This document shows positions 20,731 through 32,000 of a stretch of 32,000 nucleotides of DNA, piece by piece (the first letter of the stretch is position 1; each line of letters opens with the position of its first letter). Where the stretch lies: NCBI RefSeq assembly GCF_000400465.1, contig NW_008806281.1:1-32000 (forward strand), read 5' to 3'. The notes beneath the pieces were generated by a model, which worked only from the letters and a program-made list of their open reading frames with translations, was not told the DNA's origin and ran no database searches. Origin of the DNA: Wallemia ichthyophaga EXF-994. Lineage: Eukaryota; Fungi; Basidiomycota. The position numbers were made by a program, and so were the translations under genes.

Positions 20731-23014
20731 ATGTCGACACACATCAGGGAAACATTCTCGCAGTGCCATTCAAATGTGCGTTGTGCGTGGTAATCCTGCA
20801 TAGATCCCCCACTCACACCGTCATTTCCAGGGCAAACCAGCTTTCGTGTGCGTATCAGCAGCAGAAACGAGACAAGACAAAGACTTACCCCGCACAGCAC
20901 ATTCATGACAGCTGGCTATCCACACAGAGAGAGCACCGTCGATTTGATGCTGTCGCTCGAGAAAGGCGGCGCAGACATCATCGAGCTCGGTGTGCCATTC
21001 TCTGATCCAATCGCAGACGGTCCATCGATCCAGGCAGCCAACACTGTCGCTGTGTCAAACGGAATCACCTACGCGGACTGCCTCGAGTTCGTTCGTCAGG
21101 CTAGACAGCGTGGTTTGAAAACACCTGTCATGCTGATGGGCTATTACAATCCTGTCCTTAGCTACGGCGAAGAGAAAGCAGTCAAGGACGCCAAAGACGC
21201 CGGTGCCTCTGGTTACATCATGGTCGATTTGCCTCCAGAAGAAGCTGTTAAATTCCGTAATATCTGCACTTCAGAGGGTCTCTCTTACATACCACTCGTC
21301 GCTCCATCTACCACCGAATCACGCATTCAGTTCCTTGCTAGCATTACTGACTCGTTTATGTATGTTGTCTCCAAGGTGCGTCGTTGTTTGCGTGTTCCTG
21401 TCTTAGCTCATTTTCACTCTTCTTCAGATGGGCACTACTGGTTCTTCCACAGACGTCTCGACTGATATTCCCCAGCTTCTCGCTCGTATTAGAAAATACA
21501 CCTCCAATCCACTCGCTGTCGGTTTTAACATTTCCACGCGCGAGCACTTCAACTTTGTCGCAGACGCTGGCTCTGATGGTGTTGTCATTGGCTCGCGCAT
21601 CATCAATCTCGTCCGCGATGCACACAAAGAAGGTCGTGACATCAATGCAGCTGTTGTGAGCTACTGCGCTGATGTTTGTGCCGATGCCAAGGCAAGTTCT
21701 GGGCACAAGGCAGCAGCAGCGCCACCAATCGATCCACCGACTGAGCGCAACGCTGCTGAGCACCCACCTGCTCCCAACATGCCTGAGCCTTTGCTTGACG
21801 CAATGACAGGTCATCCAGCCCGTTTTGGTGAGTTCGGTGGTCAGTATGTTCCTGAAGCGCTTGTCGACGCCCTCGCTGAGCTGGAGGCAGCACATAGTCT
21901 TGCCGTAAGTGATCCCTCCTTCTGGCAAGAGTTGGAGGGCATGTACGAGTACATGGGTCGTCCATCCTACCTCTATGAGGCAACTCGTCTCACTGAACAC
22001 GCCCAGGGCGCGCGCATTTGGCTCAAGCGTGAGGATCTTAATCATACCGGCTCTCACAAAATTAATAACGCCGTCGGTCAGATCCTCCTCGCAAAGCGTC
22101 TCGGTAAGAAACGTATTATTGCTGAAACGGGAGCCGGTCAACACGGTGTTGCTACAGCTACAGTTTGTGCTCGCTTCGGCCTCGATTGTCATGTGTTCAT
22201 GGGAGCTGAAGATGTTAGACGTCAGGGATTGAATGTATTCAGGATGCGTATGTTAGGTGCACGCGTTATTCCAGTCACCAGCGGTGCACAGACACTCAAA
22301 GACGCTATCAATGAAGCTATGCGTGACTGGGTCACTAACCTTTCCTCAACTCACTACCTCGTCGGCTCCGCTATCGGTCCTCACCCCTTCCCTACGATTG
22401 TGCGCGATTTCCAGCACGTCATCAGCAAAGAGATCAAGAAGCAGATGATGGAGAAAGTGGGAGTGCTCCCTAATGCAGTCGTGGCCTGCGTGGGAGGTGG
22501 ATCTAATGCGATCGGCACCTTCTACGATTTCCTTCCGGACCCATCTGTGAAATTGATTGGTGTGGAAGCAGGAGGTGATGGAGTGGACACACAGAGACAC
22601 TCAGCCACACTCAGTCAGGGTAAGCCTGGTGTTTTGCACGGTGTGCGGACGTATCTCCTACAGAGTGCCAACGGACAGATTATCGAGACTCACTCTGTAT
22701 CTGCTGGTCTCGATTATCCAGGTGTAGGTCCAGAGCATGCCCATCTTAAGGATTCGGGTAGAGCGCAGTACATGGTCGCTGATGATGAGCAAGCTCTGCG
22801 CGGCTTCAGATTGCTCACTCAGCTCGAAGGTATCATCCCCGCCCTCGAATCCGCTCATGCTATCTGGGGTGGTGCTCAGTATGCCTCTACCCTCCGCAAG
22901 GAGGATCACGTCGTCATTTGTCTCTCAGGTAGAGGTGATAAGGATGTCGAACAGGTCAGTGAACTCCTCAAATCGGGTTGGGATAAGCGTCTCGATTGGG
23001 ATACCTCCGTGTAG
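20731..23014 (+). CDS. TRP5: Tryptophan synthase (fused alpha-beta), 4 exons
   Basis: GKPAFV|[26 protein letters not shown], and beta-domain [16 protein letters not shown] (PLP Lys) and [10 protein letters not shown]. Introns 20776-20830, 20848-20897 (17-nt microexon between the first two) and 21376-21427. Confidence 0.97.
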
Positions 23015-23312
23015 GAGCGGTGTAATGGTGCTGTGGAAGGTGGAAAAGGTTTAAAGTGTTATTTAAACTTTATCGTGAAATGCATTGTATTGTTCAATCG
23101 GATTTCTTCTCGCATTTCTTGGTGCTGTGTGCATTTGAATATCCTTCAACATGACGTCACGTAGTGATCTTTGGAATGCCCACATGCCCAAATGACCGAA
23201 TATATATTTGCCGCAGTGCATATCTATCGTTGGTGTAAAAAATTGATCGTCTCTTGTTTCCTTCTCGTCCTTCTTGACTCTATCCTCCCTAGAAATACAG
23301 GTGTCTCAGTTT

Positions 23313-25062
23313 ATGATGGACACAAATACAAATGCACATGCAGATGCGGAATTAAAGACAAATACAGAGTCACCAAAAAACGCAGAAGATCTATCAACCA
23401 ATATCACCCAACCCACGCAGCTCTACCTAAACACTCAAGACACGCGCAAATTATCTACAGATTCATCTCAGCACACCCATGTCTGCAGTAGACATAGCTC
23501 CAGCTTCGACAAGTACCACTCGAGCTCAACGATACACCAAGACTCCCCTGCGTCGCACGACCTCCTCAACCAAGACATAGCCTACTATTTTCCCAACAAA
23601 GCCTACCGCTTCCAGAAGAAGTGGGTGCTGGTGGCTATGACAGCGTTGTCTTTCGCTACGATAGGTATCAATGATAGCGCTGTAGGTGCGTTAATGCCGC
23701 AGATGGAGAAATACTACCACAAAGTGAGACAAGTGATTGATTTAGATTTGCAAATCTAATTTGTCCCTTCAGAGCGAAGCTATAATGTCCTTCTCCTTCC
23801 TTGCGAACTCGGGTGGCTATGTCATCTCAACCGCCACATCCTCATTCCTGATACACCACCTGCAATTGCGCTACGTACTTATGATCGCCAGCTGTATTTA
23901 TTCGTTAGGCTCATTAATTGGCACATTTAGACCACCGTGAGTGTTTATACGAAAACTTTGGTGGTTCAAGGACTCATAGAATTCAAATTCCAACAGCTTC
24001 GGTGCTCTCATGGTTTCTTTTATCCTAACTGGCTTTGGTGGTGGGTTGCTAGACACTGCGGCTACATCTGTAATCGTCCATTTCGAAGATGGGCCACTGC
24101 TCACAGTGACATACTCCTTTTTCTCGCTCGGATCTATGGCGTCGCCATTCCTCGTCGGCGGACTGCAGAGCGGCGATAAGCAGCCATGGGAACTTTACTT
24201 CTGGTTTCCGTTCTCCCTAGCTGCTTTTCTCTTCCTCTTGCAGTGGTTCGTCTATCGCTCGTACAAGGCTCCAATTGAGAAGGATGCGTTGCATCTGAGT
24301 GCTGCGCGCAAATTTCGCCTCGTAATCACTGACTGGACCATCATAATCGGTGTCTCGCTCACCTTTGTTGTGTTTGCAATGCAGGGTGGGAGGAAATTTT
24401 GCGACAGATACTAACACTGACGCGGACACTCCACAGACTCTTGGAGCCAGTGGGCGAGCAAGTATTTGCAGGACACGAAGGAGCTCGGTGACGGTATTCC
24501 CCAGATCGCCCAAGGGACGTTCTGGGCCGGCGTGGCTGTTTCGCGCATAGTGCTGTGCAAATTAGTCGCTATGGTGGGTGACATCAAGGCATCGGTCAGC
24601 CTCTGCGCTATGTTTGCCCTCGTCTTGGTCGGTGTGTGGTTGGTCGAGACGCAGCATTTGGCAGGTGCTATATGTCTTAATATCCTGCTCGGTTTCGTCG
24701 ACGGACCACTCGTACCCGTCGTGCTGTCTACCAGTGTTAATACTCTGCCTCACTACCTCAAACAGCCTGCTACATCGGCCATTGTGTGTGGCGGTTTAGT
24801 TGGCTCTAGCATTATTCCCCTTGCTGTGGGACAGGCTGTCAACGCCTTCTCTACCGATATTGTGCCAGGAGTACTTATTGTTATTGCAGCAGTCAGCATC
24901 CTCCTCTATACCGTGCTGTATACCACTAAATACCTCAAGCTGATGAAAGATAATGATATCAAGCCTAGCATAAGTGGTTGGATGAAAGCTTCAATTAGCA
25001 AAAATACCTCTTTTTCCTCTAAGCATAGAGAATGCGCGCAACAGTCCCAAGCATCACCATAA
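23313..25062 (+). CDS. MFS transporter, FucP/Bsc6-like (tandem copy 1), 4 exons
   Basis: IGINDSAVGALMPQMEKYY, NSGGY, GLLDTAA, FSLGSMASPF, SWSQW and GPLVP. Introns 23724-23772, 23937-23996, 24386-24436. Start uncertain. Confidence 0.88.
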
Positions 25063-25515
25063 TCACCGTGATATATTTCTTTGTATAGAGCACACAAGCC
25101 CTCGTTTGGTTTTTTAAGATAGAAGGATCTTGTTTAATGATTTGTAATTTGTTTTATCGATGTTTTTGTTGCAATTGTTACTGTTGCTTGGCACGGATAC
25201 AAGCGCCTCTGAAACCCTGCTGCAAATCTCCCTACACTAGCCTCTAGCACCTCTCAGCTACATTATAATATGAAAAAGCTATACCGTCACACATTTTATT
25301 ATTCTTGGCAGCATGCATTCGCTAATCCCCGCGAAATGACTCCAATTATGAAAATTTGACCGGAATGTTCTTTGAATATTCGCGCTTCGCCGAGCGCATG
25401 TAGGAATATAATTTCCCTTTCTGGCATCTTTTGACGTCTTATACCAGTTACAAAACACACGAACGATCTAGAACGAACACTACACAACAATACGACAACA
25501 TAGCTACTAGTGAAA

Positions 25516-27418
25516 ATGTTCACAAGCAAGAACAAAAAAGCATCGCAGAAGCAAAAACAGAAAGAAAGAGAGAGAATGGAGCAAAATAAGGAGAACCTCC
25601 CAGATACAAGGACTCTGCCGTACCTCCACAATGGTCGACGTGAGAGTCAAGACTACACGAGAAATAACACGTTGGGTGTTGGGAGCACATCACTTATTGA
25701 TACACTAGAAACTATTCCTAGTGTTTCCCCTGATGACAAGAAGTACATCAAGGAACCCGAGCGTACTAGGAAGAAGCCAAAACGCACAAAATCTGCACCT
25801 CCGCTGACCATGCACAACTTTGACACTCAGTCTGAAGCATCTATAAATGAGTTAGATAGGGGCGATAAATACCTCAAGAAGGTATTTTTCTTCCACAACT
25901 CGCGATGGAGACTTCGCAGGTGCTATGTCATGATTGGTATGACGAGGTGAGTTGTTTCTTTGTCTACTTAAAAATTCTAAAGAGAACAGCTTGACATACA
26001 TGGTAATCGGACTAAACAGTAGTGCAATCGGTGGTCTTATACCACAAATGGGAGAGTATTATGACATAGTGAGTAAGTTATGCACAATTCAGTCTCTACT
26101 GACAAGCACAGTCAGAAGATGATATGTCAATGTGCTTTTTAGCTAATTTTGGCGGATACTTAATCTCGACCGCTTTGTCCGCGTTCCTGATTCATCACGT
26201 CAGACTCCGTTTGGTATTAACTGTGGGCTGTTCCTAGTAACTGTAAACCTTATCTGATAGCAGCACAGTCGGCATCAGCAATTTACTTTAGTGGTTCGCT
26301 CGTTGCAACATTTGCGCCTCCTTTCGCTGTCTTTATCGTCAGTCTCGTTTGTGAGTAGTGCAATGTATTGTCAACTTCGTCTAACAACATCAGTGACTGG
26401 TACAGGGGCAGGTCTGTTGGATGTGGCTGCAACTTCAGTTATTATGCATTACGAAGATGGTCCGCTACTGACAGTCACATACTCGTTCTTCTCGGTGGGG
26501 TCGATGATCGCACCTTTCTTAGTCGGAGGGTTGAGAGCCAGCAACAACAAGCCATGGAATCTGTACTTCTGGCTTCCTGTCGCACTCTCCTCTCTGCTCA
26601 TGGTGTTGCAGTGGTTTGTCTACGCCTCCTACCAGTCACCCTCGGAGAAACGCTCTGGCAATGACACATCTTTCCGTCGACTCCGCTTCGTTCTCTCAGA
26701 TCCTTTCATGTTGTGAGTTTTGGTTATATAATGAAACACCCACTAACAACACGATAGACTCACGATCATACTCTTCTTCGTCATGATGGGCATGCAGGAT
26801 AGTTGGTCGCAGTGGGCTGTATCGTATCTAGAGAGGGCAAAGGGTATGGAAGGTTCACTTGCAAACATAAACTTAGCATGTTTCTGGGCTGGTGTTACCC
26901 TCTCCCGCTTAACTCTCGGTCATTTCATAAACAAATGGGGTGATATGAAGTCTGCAATCACGCTCAATCTGGCATTCACGTTCATGATGACTGGATTTTG
27001 GCAAATCGACGACAGTCTCAATTACGGTCCAATTGTCTTGAACATATTTTGCGGTATTTTCGTAGGTCCGCTGGTACCACTCATATTAACAACAGCCGTT
27101 GATCGGTTGCCACATACTTTAAAGACGACGGCAACATCTACAGTCATAGCTGGCGGACTAATTGGTAGTACCGTTATGCCGATGTCCCTCGGTCAAGCTA
27201 TTCATAAATTTTCCGAACACATTATACCAGGGGTATTGATTGTCGTGTCGTTCATCCTTCTCGCTGGACTTCTCGCCCTCTTTTCTATGAAATACTATAG
27301 ACGATCTTTAAGCAAGAAGGACATTTCTAAGACTGTTCACAACCACGGCTCCTTGGCTCATGAAATGAGGTTAAATAGGAGAAAGCTCGTTCATCCACCG
27401 CGCATAAACAGACAATGA
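25516..27418 (+). CDS. MFS transporter, FucP/Bsc6-like (tandem copy 2), 6 exons
   Basis: IGLNSSAIGGLIPQMGEYY, NFGGY, GLLDVAA, FSVGSMIAPF, QDSWSQW and GPLVP. Introns 25947-25989, 26069-26111, 26223-26268, 26351-26393, 26713-26757. Confidence 0.88.
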
Positions 27419-27862
27419 TCAATACATTAACCAGACTCTAACGAGCGCTTTAAATATTGAAATCTCTACAGATCGATGGATTATTGCTTTTGCTTAAAAC
27501 TTGTTTTACTCTTCTTAACTTTAATGTAGTTTTCAATTACACTTTGCTTAAATTTTTCAAGAATCTTAAGATTGGCTTGTTTGATTAATTACATAATCTA
27601 CGCAAGAAATTCTTATTCCTGAGTCTCTTGAAAAGGGAAAGTAAATTAGAAATCTTTGTTTGTTTGCTTTGGAATGAAGAATGGTGGAGGAATGAAGAGT
27701 GAGGAATGGAGATGCCTTTGATGCTTACGTGTTCACTGCGGATGATACGGGCAATTGAGCCCGATTCAATCAATTGGAGAACGGAATGTCAAATCATTAT
27801 CCACATGAATTCATGGTGATAATCATCTCACTGAGGTGCCGCAAGCGTTGTTATAATAGACT

Positions 27863-29474
27863 ATGGTTACTTTTTTCAAAAAATCTTCAGCAGCTAATAG
27901 CGGTGGCAATACTGACAAATCATCAGTCCCGTATACTGGCACAGATAATGACACATCCAACAATGGCAACACTGTCAAATCACAAGTAGCGGATAATGAC
28001 GCAAATAGCGACATATCTAGTCTCGAGAAACAAAATATCAGTGAAAAAGTAGAGCTTTCCACCATAAGATGGTCTATCATGATAGTTTTTCTATGTTTCT
28101 CATTCACTGCAATCGGGATAAACGACTCAGCAACGGGTTCCAATTTACACAACATACAAGAGCGCTACTCAATAAGCTATAAGCAAACATCCTTTCTCTT
28201 TCTCTCCAACGCTGGCGGCTATGCTGTCTCAAGTTTGTGCACTTGCTACGTAATGTTTTGGATAGGTGTACGCTGGACAATCTTTTTCTCAGCTATTATT
28301 TATTCTGGAGGAGCTCTTATTACTTCTTTTGCACCCCCCTTTGGTGTTATCGTCGTTTCCTTATTCCTGCAAGGAGTAGGTAGTGGATTCTTAGACGCGG
28401 CAGCTACCTCTGTTCTCGCTCTAATTGCCTCTGCTGATGTGCTATCGCGTGTGTACGCTTCATTTTCGCTTGGTTCTGTGGGTTGGGAGTCACAACTCTT
28501 CTGAACATTTAGTCTAACAAAGCATGGCTACAGATGACTGCGCCTTTTATTATCGGTGCATTCTCTCAACATCATTTGACTTGGAATGTAAGTGGGATGT
28601 TCTGAAACATCTCAATTGCTCAACAAACGACAGTACTTTTACTTCTTTCCAATGTGAGCTAAGAACGCCATAGAAAGAAAGTCACTAAAGTAGACCAGGT
28701 CATTAGGAATCGTTCTCGCCTCAACTGCTTTATGGGTTTTTAAACACTTTACTCTTCCAAACCAAGGCGATAAAAAGCACGAGAAAGACAAGTCTGGAAC
28801 GGTGAATGGCCGACTGAAGTTAATTCTTTCAAGATCTGAGGTGTATTTGGCACTCGTTCTTGTATGCCTCGCTAGTTCTCATCAGTGTATAAACTCACAA
28901 TGGTCGCCGTCCTATTTCCTATTAAAGGGATACGAGGAAGACGTGAGTACATATGTCGTAGCCGGATTCTGGGGAGGTGGGTTAAAGGTTCTCTAGAATT
29001 TCGCACTAACTATCGACAGGTGTGACAATTGGCAGGTTGGCCGGTCCCACTGTGTTCAAGAAAGTATATGACAAGACACGCAATATATCACTTGTCGCGC
29101 TAGCAATGGTATTCAGTGGTGTCATATTTGCTGTCGATAGCCTGGCAGCTAGAGCGACACTTCTATGCCTGACAGGGCTAGCATGGGGTAAGTAACCCTA
29201 AAGTAACGACCTCAAACTTAAACACTGACCGTCGGCGAATATAGGCCCGATAGCTCCAGCGAGTATCGATGCAGGTATATCGATGGTGCTTGAGGAGGAA
29301 ATATCAATAATAACCCCACTGATAATATGCTCTGGATTGCTGGGAGCGAGTTTCGCGCCCTTTTTCTTCTCATTCGCCGCTGATGCCTTTACAGCCAATA
29401 TATTACAACCAGTGCTAATTGTCGTGGCTGGAATAGAGCTAATATTATTCATCTTTGTACCAAAGAAACAATGA
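27863..29474 (+). CDS. MFS transporter, FucP/Bsc6-like (tandem copy 3), 6 exons including a 20-nt microexon
   Basis: IGINDSATGSNLHNIQERY, NAGGY, GFLDAAA, FSLGS|MTAPF, SQWSPSY and FWGG|VTIGR. Introns 28478-28533, 28588-28633, 28654-28698, 28977-29019, 29188-29244. Confidence 0.86.
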
Positions 29475-30516
29475 AATTATTGTCGGCTATTCTAGCTGAC
29501 CTTGACATTTGCACAATCATTCCTGCTATTGCGAGCAAGTAAGCTTGATACATAGCCATAGATAATCTTTAAAGTATCTCTTCAGAATCATATCCTTGAG
29601 ATTCCAATTGCGTGTTATAGGCTGTTCGGAAGTTGCAATCCGAAATCACTATGGAACACGTTTTAAGGATAGATATGGAATATTTTATGTGTTTGATCGA
29701 TATAACAGATTTTATTGACTTTTAAAGACTACAAGCATCCAAAAATCTCAATTTTTCGAATCTACAAACGCAAATTATCCTTTTCGACGCATAGTCTTTA
29801 CAGGAATTGATGCTTGCTCCAGGGGTATAGTGGGATCATCAAACACCTAGCAAAACAGTTTATGGAAAGGAAAGTGGGAGTCAGCCGAGCTCTGAAATCG
29901 GGGTTTGGCTTCTGATCAGTGCGTTTCAGGATTTCACATGATGGGGATGCGAAGGCTGTTGAGGCTCCTTTGGAATCATTATAGGCAGGACAATTGGATG
30001 TAAAATTTTAAGCTCCTAAACATCGCCTGAATGCTAGACATTAACAAGCAGGCTGACAGATTGGCTGGTAAACTACGTCTATGGCATTCTATGCGATTTT
30101 GGCGTCATACTTGACAGGGTATGTGTGGCGTGAGAAAACCCTGGAAAAAGCACTCAATGACCTTCAAACTTTAAAGCTTACCGTGGCGTAAGTCAAATGT
30201 TTCCATTAAGTGTGATGAAGGGATATAGTGATATGGGAGATAAGCATGAAATATATTAATGGATGAGATTCCTACCAGCGCAGCTTATTGACTGCTCTCT
30301 TCATTATAAGTGAAATGCAATCAGACTTAAAGGTTTATAAAGGCTAAAGAAGGGCGCTAGCGACAGTGTACATGTGAATATTATAGACTATTAATGTTTG
30401 TAGATTAAAAAAATTACAAGCTTTCAGTCGACCGTTCTGGCTTTGTGTGACATTTGAAGAAGGGTACAAGCCTGAGTCGATATGATATCAGTATCCTTGA
30501 GAGTGCCTGAGCTGTA

Positions 30517-30537
30517 TTCGAGATTCGAGATTCGAGA
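30517..30537. repeat. 7-bp tandem repeat (TTCGAGA)x3
   Basis: Read directly from the sequence: ttcgaga ttcgaga ttcgaga. Confidence 0.8.
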
Positions 30538-30710
30538 TTTGGCACTGCCTTCTTCAAAGAACTGCATCTTCATTCCTCAAGCACCTACAGTGCAGCTTAA
30601 GAGAACTTCAGAGCATTCCAAAGATCTGTCAGCCGATCCTCAGAAACAGCTCTGGAATAAGCACCGTCATGTTAACTAGGAATAGAAGTAACCACAACCC
30701 CTCAACTACA

Positions 30711-32000
30711 ATGGCTTCCAACGCGTGCTTATGTGGTGCTATCCCCAACAAGACACGCGACCCTGAATCAATCTACTGCTCGACAACATGCGCGCGAGCC
30801 GACTCACTCGCTGCGTTGACCGCGCCAGAAGAGCTCACGTACACACGAGCCAGCCACTACCGCCGTGTATCATCCAAACAGGAGTTGCACGTGCAAGCCA
30901 GCAGCAAAAGCAGTAAGGACGGCAAAGGCAGCAAAGAAATCGATGTCAACAAAGATGTCGACAGTCAGTCGTCCTCTTCGAAGAAATCTGCTACACGCAA
31001 GTCACACTGGAAGAAAGCGAGACAGATGCTCTTCGGCAGTCCTGGTACACCTGAAGAGAGCGGCGTGGAAGAGAAGAAGCTGAAAGGCAGGATACTGAGA
31101 CGCAAGTCCAAGTCGTACTCCATCCTCAATCCGTCAAGACAAGCGAGATCACCGCCTAGTGAGTGCTTGGAGTATCGCGAACGACACCTTCTGACACCCA
31201 CATAGAACAACCGCAACTCGGCCAGCCTAAACTCAAGCTAAAACCCGTAACGAGGCAGCGGACGTGCTCCAGCGAAGAAGAACTGAAACCTCCCCCTCTT
31301 CCGCCAAAGCAGGCCAAACTACCCCTAGGCGCACGCCACAAGCGCGTACCGGCAATCATAAAGATACCAGGTCGTGACGTAGACTATACACACTCTAGGA
31401 ACGCGTCTACAGCTTCGGAAGCACAGACAACAGCATCGTCTGCTAACACAACGACTACTTTCCAGACTGACACCACTGCCACAACAGCTCCGTCGAGCAT
31501 CGTGTTGGACACGCCATTAATTTCGCCCAAGAAGTTCGGTGCCCACAGTACGCATGGTTCACATGGCTCAAGTGCTTCGCACGTCTCATGCGGATCGCAT
31601 AAGAGACAGTCGATCGCTTCACGTATCAGCCACCCCCGGCACTCTCCGGAATCAACACCGATCGCAAACAAAGTGGAAACGACGCCGGTGATTTCGCCAA
31701 AGATATTCGGTCCACAACAGAGAGAATCGTTTGGTTCGCGTATAACCAACTCACCGGAATCTACAGCGACACCTACAGGATTAGCACTAGGGACAGTCGA
31801 TAACACAGGCACACCAACGCCCGCGCCTGTGATCAGTTTCAATGACATGGATGATAGCTTAGTGCGGTCGCCATCGTCGAACACAGTGGCTTTGAATAGA
31901 GCTCGCTCAAAAGCATTGAGGGACAGAGCTAAGCGGTTGTCACTTGCTAAGTCTTCCAACAACCTCCAGGTTGCCTCAAACCAGAGTCTCACGAAGACAC
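30711..32000 (+). CDS. Hypothetical Ser/Thr/Pro-rich protein with N-terminal Cys motif; runs off the window end
   Basis: MASNACLCGAIP...SIYCSTTCARADSL. Intron 31159-31205 (GTGAGT...TAG) joins a frame that stays open to 32000. Alternative start 30669. Confidence 0.7.

Noticed and set aside
23313-29474. MFS triplet as the galactose permease of the GAL pair
   Set aside because: About 17 kb away with many unrelated genes between, and no substrate evidence.
30212-30330. C/D-box snoRNA (GTGATGA box C at 30212-30218)
   Set aside because: No CTGA box D at a suitable distance and no terminal stem.
30517-30537. Heat-shock element in (TTCGAGA)x3
   Set aside because: The 7-bp period and GAT instead of GAA do not fit the 5-bp nGAAn inverted array.
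31384-31992. 202-aa minus-strand ORF and the many other antisense or off-frame ORFs in the track
   Set aside because: They shadow well-supported genes on the other strand or frame, lack motifs, and are explained by codon bias.
1-32000. Transposons, tRNA/rRNA, CRISPR or a secondary-metabolite cluster
   Set aside because: No transposase or RT frames, terminal repeats, cloverleaf, spaced repeats or PKS/NRPS genes were seen. TRP5, the phosphatase and the MFS genes do not form a recognisable pathway.

Overview
Gene-dense fungal DNA with short GT-AG introns (about 40-60 nt) and very short intergenic gaps. This pattern suggests a compact basidiomycete genome such as Wallemia (inference). I reconstructed 21 protein-coding genes by hand-splicing. 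In order: Sso-type syntaxin, phosphatidylserine synthase, mitoribosomal bL34m, mS38/Cox24, galactose mutarotase, galactokinase, an orphan, an RGS-LOV-DUF blue-light photoreceptor, a Rax1-like RGS-fold membrane protein, Mss51, Cdc37, RBM39-like splicing factor, a probable Nkp2/Cnl2, Nse1, a probable CENP-Q/Okp1, a histidine phosphatase, tryptophan synthase, three tandem FucP/Bsc6-like MFS transporters and a 3'-truncated Ser/Thr-rich protein. Highlights: (1) an intact RGS-LOV photoreceptor head-to-head with a second RGS-fold gene; (2) a divergent mutarotase-galactokinase pair; (3) a Nkp2-like gene and NSE1 whose most plausible start codons share one CATG, followed by a CENP-Q-like gene; (4) an MFS triplet with discordant introns and one copy lacking a conserved TM1 Asp. 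No tRNA, rRNA, transposon or CRISPR features were recognised. All family calls rest on motif recognition by eye, not database searches.
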